Shown: positions 11,241-25,526, numbered from the stretch's first letter. The stretch: 64,000 nt of DNA from Phoronis australis (GCA_002633005.1 NMRA01000207.1:201484-265483), one strand, 5' to 3'. Notes: a model not told the origin generated them from the sequence alone. Made by a program: numbers and translations.

Positions 11241-13199
11241 AGGGTCACAGTTTGCACAGTAATCGTATTTTATTTTCAATTCCACATTCCATTTCAGTTC
11301 CACATTCATAATCTCACATATATATAGCGAGTTAAATTTTATACTCTTGTTGACAAAATATCAAATAAGGCAACTGAACAGTACATCTTCGAAGGAGAGG
11401 CTCCTCTTGGCACCTTATGAAACCGGCAATGTCCACTATTTACGGGGAAGAAGACAACGTTACACACTAAGAAACTCACAAAACGTGTTCATCAACACAT
11501 GCGACTCAAACAACCAAAAATAAAGTACAGAAAAATAGCGTATTAACAGGGTAAACGACCGTCCTTCCCTATGGTCATGATGGACAGCGTTTCTTCTCGT
11601 TAACACAATTCTTGTCTTATAATCTTTAGGTCTTTTCTCATCAACCGTAATTCAGGTCTTACGAACTCGGTTCTTTTCCAATGATGAACAGCATTTCTTT
11701 TCCCTAGTGACAGAAGTTACTTGGCGCGTGCTTTACATCTGACGATTACGACGTCGAATGTGTTTGTATACTACAATTGGGAACACTTGCGGTTACTGAG
11801 AAAATATGTATTTGTAAGAATTGAATTGGGATGAGAAAGGGTCTGTTGTTCGTGGGATGAGAAAGAGTCTGTTGCTCGTGAAATAAGAACTTGATGGAAA
11901 TAACATTGTATCTTTATGTTCCGGTTTTAGATATAAATAACTATGATTTTTGTTAAACAGCAGTATAAATCTAGAAAATTTACGTACTTAGCGTGATCGA
12001 AATGTCCGGTAAACGCAAATAAAGACATTCGTGATTTTGGAGTAAAAGTTCACAGTGTTACTCTGGCCGTACCGTCAGCTGTGGCAAATCTGCGCGCTCG
12101 CCAGGTAAGAGATGAGTGAATATCTGTTTAATATCATCCCAATAACTAAAATTAGATTGCCATTTTTGACATAGTTTGGTACTGAAGACAAAAATACACT
12201 AAATTCGCTTTTCTGAATTTACGTCAGAATTTGAACGAAACATGTATTCGGTAAGGATTACAAGTTTCTCGTTTTACCGTAAAATTATGTAGTTTCCTCC
12301 ACATAACATAGCCAAGAGAAAACTCGGTGTTCATGTTCTGACGAAACTTGGAGAAGAAATCTCGTAACTTGTAGGTTTCATAGGTGTCAAAATCTCAAGC
12401 CGCGCCAATAGTGACGCTGACTCAAGTACATGTAGTTGTGTCACAGCGACCTCTGGCAACACACCCGCTAGGAAGCCAATGATAAAATTAAAATTTAAAC
12501 CTTCAACAAACTAAATTAATTTGACCCTCAAATGTTGCCTTTGATATAATCTGATCCGAGATTATTCTGCAACAGCTTATTGGCTTTACATACAGTACAG
12601 GTAAAAATGTGCTCGTCTAGAGGAGCATAGCACCAAGATACGATGAATTTTGAATTCGATACAACAGTATGTTCAATTCTTTTACCTGACGCTAGACGGC
12701 AGGCGCAGGTACTAAAATTAACCTGTGTCAGCGTATCGCTCCTGGCACAAAGCAAGAATATTTATCGCCTGTCGTTATCGTTTTGTACCAATAAAACGTC
12801 AAAAACTATGTATGGATGCATTCAATTGACGAATTAAAGAGTAGTTTTATTACATGAATTAAAGTTCAGATGCTGGCAAATTTATCAGCCTGCTGCAGAA
12901 GTGTGCTTGTGTGATCAGTTGCAGGCCACAGTTTAAACGTTCTGGTGTAATAAAAAAGATGAACGCAGTGTATTTCTATACAGACGTGTTCACTAAGCAA
13001 GCTTACAGACGATACTTTTGTTAACACCGAGCGTAAAAAGCAGGTTGCACTCAAGACACCTTTGCAGTAGGCTCAACAGCACAGCCATAAATGTTCACTT
13101 CACCGACAAATGTGACGATGGTCCAAAAAACAATTCTATCTGGGAAACTGTAAAATCATTCATCGTCTAAGTTTAAATCTATAAGTGTAATTGTTTGTG

Positions 13200-13875
13200 A
13201 AGGAAACACTCTTGGCCTCACTTCAGTTAGACTTATACTGTCAAATTATGAATTCCAAGAAGTTTGGATAAATCAAGGCATTTTGTGTGAAAACACTTTA
13301 CTGATAATTTTTAGATAGCTAATAAAGGATAGTTATTTGCAAGGATGGAGACAGAGAGTTGACAATAATGCTAAACTGTGTTTGTATAATCAATTAAAAA
13401 AGGAATTCAAATTTGGGAAAAAGTTCAAGTTTGAATATACCCCATGCAAACTGACCTAAAAAAAACTCTATGACTGGTCTTACAAATGTAAAATGAAATT
13501 TAAACCTGAAAAAAGTGTCCATGGCACGTTTTTCTTATTCTAGCCACAGTCGCATGAAGTAGGCAGGCACTTGAATTTGGATAGGGCAAACAGAGTGTGT
13601 CCCTTCTGCCCCAATGTTGTTGAAGACGAGTACCATTTCCTTCTAAGTTGTGATAAATATTCTGAATTGAGAGAAAATTCTATTGAAGTGTATTACTGCG
13701 GGAATTTTCTGTCGGTTATCAAGTTCCATACTGAGGCTTGTCAACACGTGATGATGCTAAGCTATGCATTTTTGCTTTTCGATTCCGTGATAGCTTGCTG
13801 CACTCTTAGTACGTTACATGTTATTCTTTTGTACAGTGGGCCAATGGCCTTTTTTACAGAAATAAATTGATTGAT
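13200..13875 (+). mobile_element. 3' end of a decayed LINE, same type as 23528-25536
   Basis: VWINQG, RVCPFCPNVVEDEYHFLLSCDKYSELR, then AATAAA plus (TTGA)n tail; boundaries approximate. Confidence 0.8.
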
Positions 13876-14279
13876 AATCAGAAAACCATGAGTTATACTT
13901 AGGCCATAGGTGTCTGATAATAGCGTAAATCCAACTTTTGTAGCGATTACAGGGGAACAACAGAGCAGAGAATACAAAATCTCTCTTTTCCAAACCAATG
14001 AAAAAATGGGGTTGTTTGACTCTTTTTAAAGAACTTGTTTCCATGATGATTAGTGTAATAAATATGGTATTCGCATGTCACGGTTTCCAATCGTCATGAA
14101 TCTTTCATAATATAACCCACCCCTGTGTATAAGGAAAAGGAATTTAGTTTTGTGTAAAGAAAATTAAAGGCCGTATTTGTCCATGGTCCTTGGAAGTACT
14201 ATAGCAGATCAATTTATTACTATTTTGAAACAGTACTCTCTCCTAGATTGTGTGCCTTTTGTAAAGGCTTCAACTGTCA

Positions 14280-15720
14280 GCCTATACTGCATCGGATGTG
14301 AGGACTGGAGGTCCGCTCAAGACAGCGGGAAAACGGTTAGTGTCATCATGATGGATCTGTCGAAGGTATTTGATTGCGTGCCCTATGACTTTCTGTTGCT
14401 CAGGTCTACAAGATTTTGGAGTACGGACTGCCTGAATCCGCCCTGCTCTACCTACTTGTATCAGGGATTACCTTGGTGACAGATATCAGAGAGTTAGAGT
14501 TGGCATTGCCTGCAATCGGTGGGAATGACTTACTGAGGGATTTCCCCCAGGGTTAAATTCTAGGTCCGCTAGTTTTTAAATTTTATTAAAGCCTATCTTG
14601 AACGATAACACGTAAATTTGGTACCAACTGTAAGACCATCGCTCTGAGTCCACCAGTGCCATAATTTGCCAAATGTAATGAACTTTTGGGCTTCTTGGCT
14701 CGCTTTTGTCTACGTAACTGCAAGGATCAATTAGAGGCACTGCAAATACATCTTAAGGCGTTTCCAGAGTGCATTGTAAGTGTGGTCTACCCCGCTCCTA
14801 ACAGCTGCGAATAACACCCGCAGGCAATAGTGTTCTGATTAGACCCCTATTCAGTACAACTGCAATCGGCCTTCTGTAGTTCGTGCTGGGATTTCGTGGT
14901 TACGCAATATGTCACAAAGAGGCAACTTCACCTATCATTTTACTGATCATCTGAGCGATTAAGCTCGCGAGGACTACCTGATTAGCCCCGTACATCTAAA
15001 TTAACAAAATTCCATTGAAGTTATGCTTTACGGACATTTCCATGTCTGTTCACACATATGAGTTTTTGTAATTATGCGGATGATAACACACGCTCCACAG
15101 GTGGAGGTAATTTGGACACTGGGAATGTCTATCGTTGGCCAAGTGCGACATTACTATTTATTACTGTAATAATTCGCGATTTATCCAGTAATAATTCTGT
15201 AGCCAATCAGAAGCCAAGAATAACTACAGTAATAAATATTTGTTACATTAATCATTCCTGGATTCTGATTGCCTAAAGAATTATTGCTGCGATAAATATG
15301 ACTTATGTTGACTTGGCCTGCGATAAACGTGTTGCGTCCGGGCCACTGAGTGTTGTGACCACAAGGTAACACAAAGAAGTTTAACCCCATCGTCATTAAC
15401 CCTTCCAGGAAGCTTGCTGGGAATATTTCTCATACATTCAAAGTGAACGGAGTCACTGTCATATTTGGACCCAGTGCTAAATTATTGGGTATTACTATTA
15501 AAAACAGGTTAGATTTAAGCCAACACACCAAAAGACATACATGGGTGTGGCAGGCGCTCGATAAGTCAATGTCCTGGACAACTTTTCTGATCTACTCTGA
15601 CATCAGAAGTCGCATACCTGTTTTAACTCGTTTATTTGTAGTTTCGATTACAGACCTATTGCGGCTTCTGCTCAGAAAGGCACTCAGAAACTACAATGAA
15701 GGGCATTGTGATTTGTAATG
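14280..15720 (+). mobile_element. Decayed, interrupted CR1/L2-type LINE RT fragments
   Basis: EDWRSAQDSGKTVSVIMMDLSKVFDCVP, ILGPLVF near 14560, NYADDNT near 15070, AKLLGITI near 15480; boundaries approximate. Confidence 0.75.
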
Positions 15721-18658
15721 AGGACTTCACTAGTTACTTCTAGGAGCAAGTGAACAGACTAAAAAAATGGCTTTCAAGACTTACAACAGCGCAGTCTGAG
15801 ATAACACTCGTAATTCAAGGGCAAGGATGCCCTACCCAGACATCACTAAGTTTTACATGCTTCGTCAATCACAGCTGTCGTTTGGAATAGTCCTATCAAG
15901 AAAATACGGTCTTGCACACACATGGCAGAGTTTGAACGTGTCCTCTCAACTTGGGACGGTCCGGCTCAAAGATGTGCCGCTTGAAGAATGTAGGACTGGT
16001 TTCATACTTACACAGGCTCAGACCGTTATTTCAAGTTATTTCCTATGATAATAGTGGACGGATGCTGTTGTTGCCAAAAACAACACAAAGTAACTTTTAA
16101 CCAAAACGGTTTTGGTTAACAGTTACTTTGTCACGAATGATTTTCATTATAATCCTTTTATCCTGCACATAAATATCGTTCATTTGGTTTCCTCAGCAAT
16201 ATACATGTAGCATCCGGACTGAGATTCTAACTTAAATATGAACTTATGGATTTGTTTGACAAAACCATTTGAATAACCATTATTGACCAGCAATTGTTCA
16301 ATGCAAAATAGTTTAATGTTGGACAATATTCCCTGTAGCTGGACACAGAATATGCTCTCATAAAGAAAATTATTGATGACTTCTAATTTGTATCGTTCGG
16401 GACAGTCATTTAAACAAGAACAAGTGTGACAACAGTCGACTTACCATAGACAGATGTAAGAGTGAAGGTCTTGCTGTTCCACTAACACACCCAAAATAGA
16501 ATTCTAGCAGCTAATTCATTTGATGTAAGACTCAGAACGGAATTATCATAGCAGGGATTTTTTAAAGTACACCATGTTATGAGAAGTGGATACAATAAAA
16601 ACATCGTCTGCATACCTACAATATACAGGGATGTTATAAACATTGGGCAAAATTCTAATGTTCATGATCAGGCATGTAACGGTATTCAGCGAGTGTGGGC
16701 CCTAAGGGTAACCCCATACTGACTAATTTTTATACTTTGCAGATAAAAAAATGTTCACATACTTAATGAATGGTGAATTTACCAGGGCATATTCTAAGTA
16801 ATTCACGCAAAGCATCTCGTTTGATATCAAGTGGTTTCATAAACGCGTGATGGTAGACATTTCTTCGCATAAGATGTGAATAGTATTCTTCACAGGTAAA
16901 CCAACGGTGACTAATATGAAAATGTATAACAACATGACAATTATTTACAGATCGCCAGGTAATCACCACGAGATGTCTACTGGGAAGATGTGGTTTTATC
17001 TTAGAGTTATCGTTTAGTAAAAACATACGACGCAGTGATACACCGTCTTTGTGTAATTTAGGGATTCCATATAGGTGTAAAGTTGTAATAGTACAGTCCT
17101 TATGAATGTCTAGCTCGCTGCAACTGTGCTACTGGTGACCTCGTGATAAAAGCAAGTATGAAATTAACCTAGTTTATTTACGTATTCGTTTTGTCCATGG
17201 CACATATGGAAAAAATTATCTCGACCATTGAACTGAGAGCCGCTCTACAACGATTTTATCCTCACTTAAAATGGTAACTGCATCTTTCAGACGTTTGGAA
17301 AGGGTGGCACTAGATATTGAACGGCATTTCGTGCTCTCGCCCCGAGTTGATAACATGCATTGGGGTTTTCAGTAATAAAGTGTACACTAATTTTTATGTC
17401 CTTGTTGCGGTGGCCCAAAGATGACATTGCGCGTTTCATTTTTAATTGTATCGAGATCTCGAGATGTCAACTTAATCCAGGCTGAGATAATTAAAAAAGA
17501 AACGCAAGATGTCATTTTCGGGCCACCAGTGAACTAGCATCGCAAGCGCTTACGAACAAGGATTACTGTGAAAGAACAAGGTTGGACTGTACCCGAAGTA
17601 AGAAATATATTATGTCGGACGGACATCAATAGTGGTCCTGGAGGGAAATATGTGTCCGTGAGAGGGGAATAACGTGCGCGAGAGAATTTTGTGCGAAGGC
17701 AGACCCTAGCCACACGCGAGTCGGAAAGTGTGGGTGCCTTCGAGAGCTAAAAATCAATCAATGCTCTAAGCCTATTGGCACGACACTGCTGCTGTCCAAA
17801 GAAATGCCCTTCTTCTTGATAGACAAAGAACTCGTGTTCCTAAGCTCAAATTAATTCGATTTACTGAAGCCGAGAAAAAGCCAATTAAGTTGTGAGACAT
17901 GGAAATCTCTTTTCATAACTTACTGTGTTCTTAAACACAAAGTCACAAAGGCGTGCGGCGATTCGAAGCGTTCGTTCTCAATGGTCGTATCTGCATGCAG
18001 ACCACAACTCCCTCAGGATCAAAACTACGTTTTGTGTTCATTTTCGCCGGCATCTTTCTATCATGTGTGTACACCTCCTTGACAAAATATTCGGTGAGTG
18101 AAAGGACTGAGGGTACATAAGGAACTGTTCTATGCCAGGCGAGAGATTCGATTTGCGTGACAGTCCTGTAAACTGCGGTTCCAAGGTGGTTTTGATAAAT
18201 CTATTTTCCCGCTACACGGTATACATTTCGTATTTGAAGTTCCCCGAGAATGAAGATACGGTATTCTGCTAGACATATGTGAAATATTGTAAAACGGCCA
18301 TTTTTTAGAATAAATGTGTGTGTATATGTATATGTATATGTGCATATGTATATGTATATATTTATCTTTATACAGAATTTGTTAAACGCACGACACTTCA
18401 TTATTCACAGTCTTTATTCCGTTACGTTCGTACTTTCGGAACAAAACTCTACTCTCAACTGAACATAGATACAGTAACTGACCTAGCGACATAATTAAAA
18501 TACACACGATATTTCGAAACATACTTGTTTCATTCTCAAGTGAAGATAAAATGACGCAGTAATGCCACCACAGAGTATAAGCTGATGACACAAACAGTGA
18601 GACACGGCGGGTGTGAAATACTGCAAAGAATGACTAATGAAGGGGGGTAACAGGAAAG

Positions 18659-19000
18659 TCACGCAAACAAGTGTAACGTGCGGCTCCACCCTGTTTGTTG
18701 CTCATTCAAAACAGGCTTCTCAAAAGCAAATAAAAGGGAGTCTAATACTTTCAAACGCAGCACATCTTGCTCCATGAAGCGAAATGACGTGTTTTCCACA
18801 ATTTCTTGACGATTGATTTTACGTTCGTGACATTGCAGAAAATAATCTTGGGTGGCGCCATTATGAAGATGCATGGATAACCAACGGGAAAGACTGCAAA
18901 CCGTTTGACCAATGTAACATTGTTTGACGTTTGAACGAAGACATTCGTTCATAGAGCATACAAACTCATAAACAACACTACACTGTGCAGGATTTGGAGT
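18659..19000 (-). mobile_element. Penelope-like element GIY-YIG endonuclease fragment
   Basis: SVVYEFVCS.NEC...CYIGQT..SLSRWLSMH...LKVLDSL....KPVLNEQ. Confidence 0.75.
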
Positions 19001-20062
19001 GATGCCTTAACTGACTAATCAGATCGCAGCATTCGTGACACACCTTCGTTTCCAAGCCGCCATTTTACGCAACAAACTGCACGTTGCCGGATAAAACTTG
19101 TTGTTTGTTTGTCGACATTACGCAAGGGAGCGGAGCTTGCGATGGGCCAATTCCCATAAACAAGCCTCAAGTGGCTAAACCGATCAGCGCCATCTTCAGG
19201 CTTGGTGACGAGGCTGGCTCCTTACTGTGTTTGCGGATTTTTTACATTGGCGCTCTCTAGGATAATGAGAGAGCGAAAGCGACTTTCGCTTGATCCAGAC
19301 TCAGCCTCAGTCGACAGAAATGTTTTTACTACATTGTGGTTCATTAAGTTAATAACAAATGAATAAATCCCACTGTCAGTCCCGAGTGTTTTATTACGTT
19401 AAGTTCACTAATTCATGATAGCTTTCTAACATCGGCTGGGATCGAAATCCTCCCGCTTTATCAGTTGCAACCTGACTGACTTTGCAGTCGCGTATTTTTT
19501 GCAGTAGGAAATGTATGGAACATGGTATCCTTCATCCACTGACATTTCAAGAGGTCTGCCTTTCTTTGTAGACTCTACCGCACAGTAGTGGAAATTTGCC
19601 GACACAACGTGGTTATGGCAGCAAGGTAAGCTGGTGAAATCGGGACCTCGTGCTGTTGCATTTCACAAAAAGTTGGCCCTTTTTACATACGTATACCCCT
19701 GGTTTAACAACCACCTGCGACTGCAGTGATGTGCGCAAATGTAGGCGCGCGTTATAGACTCAATAAGGAAGACAGACAACTTTTCTTGTAGAGGTTTGAA
19801 GTATAAAACTTATCTACAACATGATCATCTGAAAGTAAATTAAAAATACAAGTATATAGTAGTTTGCCCAACCTTCTGGATGCTCTGTGGTGAAAGGTTT
19901 CATTTCCAGACAGCATCCGTAGGCGGATTTAAGGGGGGACAGGGAGCCCGCCCCCCCCCCCTCCCTTGGCTGCCGCCAAACTGAATAAAACAGGAAGACA
20001 GTAAGAGCGTGAGGAAATATTGGCCCTGGTAACCACGAAGCGGCCGAAACAAGGTGTAGGAA

Positions 20063-20770
20063 CAAAAACCGGACGATCGCCACACAAATAAAAAAAGTTC
20101 ATGTTCAATTCAACGTTTCGTCTTTTCATTAGACATCATCAGGATCATATTTACAACAATTTAGGACAACAAGTGCCAACATACAGCTCAGGTAACATCC
20201 ATAGAGTGAAGTGAGAGATACATAGAATATGGTCACTAGCTGGTCATCACCATAGCTGCAGGGTCACAGAGCTCTGCATGTTATTCAGAGAATCAGTGGC
20301 ATGCTGGTTCTGAATGGCCAATGACTCTTTAATGTACAGTAACTCCTTATTAGGTTCTCTGCAGATAATACTAACAGAGTTGGCTTGGTGATTTTAGCTA
20401 ATACAATGCCTATATATGTTACTTTTCTCTGAGGTGTGATGTTCTTTCAACCTGTCACAGAGGCGTCGCTGTGTGAGTCCTATATAGAATTCCTTACGGT
20501 TGTCACATTCAACCTTATACACAACATTGCTCTTGTTCAATAAAGGGATGGGGGACTTCAGTTTACACAGCATATTGGAAAGTTTCCGAAGGGGTTTGAA
20601 AACAACTATCAGTTCAACTGCTTGGTCTATGCAATGAATAAGGCGAGATAATTGACGTTTCAATTTTATACTACTTAGCCCGGTGTAACCAAGAGAAAAG
20701 AAAACTTTCTTTTTCTCGGGTCCAATTGAACATGAACTTTTTTATTTGTGCTTCGATCGTCCGGTTTTTG
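20063..20770 (-). mobile_element. 5'-truncated Penelope-like element with an inverted partial pseudo-LTR
   Basis: KSNVVYKVEC...FYIGLTQRRLCDRLKEH (GIY-YIG); 20063-20110 and 20724-20770 are inverted repeats of about 47 bp. Confidence 0.85.
20108..20148 (-). ncRNA. Minimal hammerhead-ribozyme-like motif in the Penelope terminal repeat
   Basis: Minus strand: CTGATGA-t-GTCT-aatgaaa-AGAC-GAAACGTT; stem II intact, palindromic AACGTT for stem III, stem I weak. Confidence 0.55.
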
Positions 20771-21229
20771 ATCTTATTGTGGCCAAAAACTGATTTAATT
20801 AAGGTGTGGGAAGCGTCTCCCAGTTTTTTTGTTCTAGTCGCGCGGTTGCATTTCAGCAAGGAAGTCCACAGTCTCAGAAGTCCAAGCCTCCTTCATGCAG
20901 TCGTGCTTTACGCGATTGCCTGAGACAAAGTGTTGCCCCCCTCCCTTATGGTATCCTAGATCCGCCACTGGCATCAACCATGAAATGTTTGCTAAACAAT
21001 GATGTAGTTCTACGCAGGAACATCACTCAAATTACCAGATACAACATGTCTAAATCTAAAATTGTGACTATTACGGATAAGCGATACCAACTGAGATCGG
21101 TAAAATGGACTTCATAACAAACAAAGACGTCGACAACCATAAAGCTTGTGCAGTGGTAGCCATTTGAGATCTACAAACATTTGATTAGAAGGTGTCACAA
21201 TCAGTATCTAAAATAACTCTGGCAATCTG

Positions 21230-21920
21230 CTCTGCAGTCTTTTACTTTTTGGCGTAAGAGCACAAGTAATGCCTTGCAGCATTTTAAGCTTACTCACAAT
21301 AGGTATATAATATTTGATTCGACCCAAAAGACCCAGTTTTGTCAAAAGTCAGAGAGAGTGTAAGGTTCTTTTATAGACCAAGTTAAATTATTTTCAAATT
21401 TGACAACTACAAATATTTCATGGTCAACCACTTCTTGCTTGTCATCAGACATATACAAAGTAAGTTGAACAGCATTTTTGGACCTTTTCTGATTGGAGGT
21501 TATGCACATACATTTAATCTTTTAGTAAGAGTAATTTTGTTTTCAGAGAACCTATTTGTAACTGAGTCCAAGTCAGCCTGAAGGGCGTTTTCAATGTTTT
21601 GTATCTTTTATTTCCTTCATACAAGTTCGAATCTATTTTTTACTTAAGATATAATGGTAGATCATTCATATTAGTTAAAAATATGAGAGGGCCCAGAACG
21701 GACTCTTGGGGAACACCATGGGTATATGAGTGAGTGGAGCCGACTGTACCCCCGAGTGATACCAACTGTGACCTCTCCGTAAGATAACATTCAAATCATC
21801 CTACAATCTCGGTTAAGACATTGCAAACAAAATTCGTAACAGGATCTCGTGATCTACAACATCAAATGCCTTTATAAAACCCAATAACACAATAGTTGTC
21901 AACAGATTTCACATTCTGTA
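21230..21920 (-). mobile_element. Decayed CR1/L2-type LINE RT fragment
   Basis: Minus strand reads KAFDVVDHEIL near 21850 and HGVPQESVLGPLIFL..MNDLP near 21660-21720. Confidence 0.75.
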
Positions 21921-22650
21921 TAATTTTGTCTTTTGATAAATGAAGAAAGATATCGTCTTCATTGTATAGGTGTATATTTCAGTTGCTTCACCTTTGTACA
22001 TACTCCCGACGTGGTTCAGCTTTATCGGTGACTAGCATTTGTGCTAATGTTGTTTTATTGTTCCGAGTTCCTTTCTACCGATATACATCAAATATTTTAC
22101 GTGTGTACAGCAGACTAATTTATACTCTCAAGTATCGGCCAGGGTGTATTTGGTCTGCTGCGTGGTGCTACCACGCGGTGAATACCCCTGACGAAGACGT
22201 GCCTCCGGTACCCAGTGTCCCGGTCGTTGAGGTTTTGCGTTAGCCCGGATTTATACTCGGGAAAGAGAACTCTCAGCTGCACCGACCACTTCCTTGTGCG
22301 ACAGCGTCAACGCTATTGGCCGTTATAGTGGGCTTACCTGAGACTTGAGGTCGTCACCTATTGTCATTGAGTATTAACAATTTACATTCGAGCTCAAACA
22401 ACTCGCCGGGGGTCACATTTCGATAAAACAGACCTATTCAACGAAACGTGTTTACATTGCGATTTTATAAACCCTTCACGTTGCAACGTGAAAGGCTTTC
22501 ATTGGTCGATAACACTGTGCTCAGCGAAGCCGCACGTTATTCACATTTCATCATCACGAGTCAGTCGCAAATTTCCCATTTAACCTTTGGACGAGTGGAG
22601 TGACGGCATCTACCTGTCTGCGACAACTTTATTGTTACCCTTCTAGCAAC

Positions 22651-22836
22651 ATGAAGAACTTAGTACTGTGCTGTGCTACCTTGTTTGTTTGCGTTTATTC
22701 TCAACATGTCCATATGGACGGGTTCGAACTGTTCGTGAAAGAACTCAACCGTTCCTCTGAACTTCTCGTCTCCGACCTTTTTAACATTTCACACCGCGTG
22801 TTTGATAATTTGGGATGTGAAGGGGCGTGTCCTAAG
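22651..22836 (+). CDS. SLC39A12: ZIP coding exon 1 (signal peptide)
   Basis: caac[22 protein letters not shown]...CEGACPK; donor AAG|gtaagt, phase 0; acceptor-like ttctag just upstream at 22641-22646. Confidence 0.75.
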
Positions 22837-25490
22837 GTAAGTTTCAATATAGCCAGTCTAATTTGTAGTGTGGACTCGTAGCCGGATTCCATACATGTGA
22901 TTTCAAGCAATGCGTTTTTATGTGCAACGTCTTTCCGTAGATTTAGTTGTGCTATACCCGGTAGCTCGCATTTCCGTGGTAAATGCAGTGGTAATGGTAG
23001 AAAAGATGACATGTATGGGATGCCAATCTCCTTTGGCTCGCTGTTTGTAGCAACGAAGGAGCTATTAGTCATTGCAATGAATCAAATATTTCCACCTTGA
23101 TACCAGCTCGGCGTTACTTGACAATAAGTGGCCTACCTAGGTCAGTGCTGGCGTAAATCCAATCGGTCATACTTTACATTAACTGAGGCGTGTTGTCACT
23201 GACGTGCTGTACCGAGAAGTATTTAAAAGGAGGCAAACGCGAAATTGAAACGATTTTCGACTGGGGGAGGGCTTTCGTGCAATGGCCAAGGGATCGTAGC
23301 ACCGCTGAGCCCCCGTAGTTACACGCAATACATTCAAGTAGCTTTTCTATCCTTCTCCCTTGCAATATAGATGTCAGGCAGGATGAGAAATTACCTCTCA
23401 TCTCTTATTTGTCATTTATCTGAAGGACATTGATAGCTTTCCCACTGAACCTTTACTCCCACTGCGCAATACGCTTTACCGAACGCAATCGGCTTAATTG
23501 CAGTGAGAACGGCCATTTACTGCCGGAGACAAATTTAATCCAAACAATTACAGAGGTGTCTCCGTTATAGATAGTATTAATAAAATTTTTACAACTATTC
23601 TTTATTCTCGTATAATTGAATGGTAGAATAACACGAAATGTATCCCTGAAGAACAAGCAGGCTTTAAGACTGGGTACTCTACAGTCGATAACATTTTTAA
23701 CCTACAGTGTATCATCTAGAAACATGTCACTAGACGGAAGGGGAAAGTATATTGTGCATTCTTTGGTTTAGTAAGGCATTTGATAGTGTAGATATTTCCC
23801 CGTTTATTTTATGGCCTTTTAACCAAAGGTTTGCATGGAAAAATGTTTAATATTTTGCGCAGTATGTACGACTCTATACAATCGTGTGTTGTGGTACAGT
23901 CCCAGACCACATCCTATTTCAACTGTACAGTTGGTGTCCGGTAAGGATGTGTTTTAAGTCCCTGGCTGTTCTCGGTGTTTGTTACCACACTAGTGTCTGT
24001 CTGATATTAGAGAAAATGTAGACAAGGGTATAATACGTGTCTCTCCGGGCTGTGATATAGGTTCGCTGATGATTTAGTGCTGGTGTCGAATACTGTTGCT
24101 GGGCTACAGATGAAGCTCAATGCCCTCGAAAAGTTTTGTCGAGATTGGAACTTGCAATTTAATTTGGAGAAAACGAGTGTTGTGGTATTTAAGCGAGGAG
24201 GCATATCTTCAATTAATGAAAGGTGGGTTTTGTGAGACAAGAAAGTAGATACCAAGTTGTACTACAAGTACCTAGGAGTCACATTCTCCAGAAGACTTAA
24301 ATGGATAGAGCATTGTAGAGTACTTGCAAGACAAGCTCGAAAAGCAATGAGCGTTATTAAAGCCACTCTGTCAAAATTTAACTGTATTTCCCATGGAGTG
24401 CATTTTAAACTCTTTGACTCTATGATAATGCCCATATTAACACGTGGTGCGGAAGTATGGGGAACATCAATGTGTGAATCTATTGAAAAAGTTCATAATG
24501 ATTTCTGTAAATATGTTCTGAAATTGAGTACTAAAATGCCAAATGCTATGGCTCATGGTGAATGTGGGAGACAATTGCTAATTACAAAATATATGTGTAA
24601 ATCAATTATCTATTGGACGAAATTACTTGATATGGAAGAACATAGGTACCCACTGAAGTGTTATGGTATGGTTAGGGAACAAGGTGAAAATGGTAATTGT
24701 AACTGGGCACACCGTGTCAAAGAAATTTTGTAAAGGTACAGTGTGATTATTTGGCCCAGGCAATAGTGCTGAATTTATTATGGTATTCAAACAGAGATTA
24801 CTGGATTGAGGCGAACAGGAATGGTAACTGGAAATAGGTAGCTCAAATGAATATGGATTTTATAGTCTTATTAAACGTGATCTTCTTAGCGAGCAATATG
24901 TGAATTGTTTAAGCTCTTATTCGAGAATACTTACGCAATGTCGATGTTCAGGTCACTCCCTTCGTATAGAGAAAGGGAGATATATGGGTATTCCTTACAT
25001 GTAATATAGAGAAAGGGAGATATATGGGTATTCCTTACATGTAATATAGAGAAAGGGAGACATATGGGTATTCCTTACATGTAATATAGAGAAAGGGAGA
25101 CATATGGGTATTCCTTACATGTAATATAGAGAAAGGGAGACATATGGGTATTCCTTACATGTAATATAGAGAAAGGGAGACATATGGATATTCCTAGAAG
25201 TGTGAGAATATGCGGCATATGCTGTTTGGGTGAAATTGAAGATGAGCCACATTTCATGTGTCGATGCCCTGTTCTTGGAGACCTTAGAAGAAATCTTCTA
25301 CCAGAGCTGGTGAATGTTAACTATTCTCTTGTTAGGTTATTCCAACAGAAAAATCATGACAGTATTCAGCGCCTTGCATTGTATATTCCGAAGGCTATTG
25401 CTTCAAGAGAAGAACTGCTCTCCGTGTAAATACTCTGAATATACGTTTGAATTTATGTATTTATAGCCAAAGCCTACGATGTACAATAAA

Positions 25491-25526
<36 letters not shown>

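Noticed and set aside
24257-24733. 158-aa ORF as a host gene
   Set aside because: Surviving piece of LINE ORF2, flanked by stops and frameshifts
24965-25195. CRISPR-like array
   Set aside because: Units are contiguous and near-identical with no unique spacers, there are no cas genes, and the context is a eukaryotic LINE
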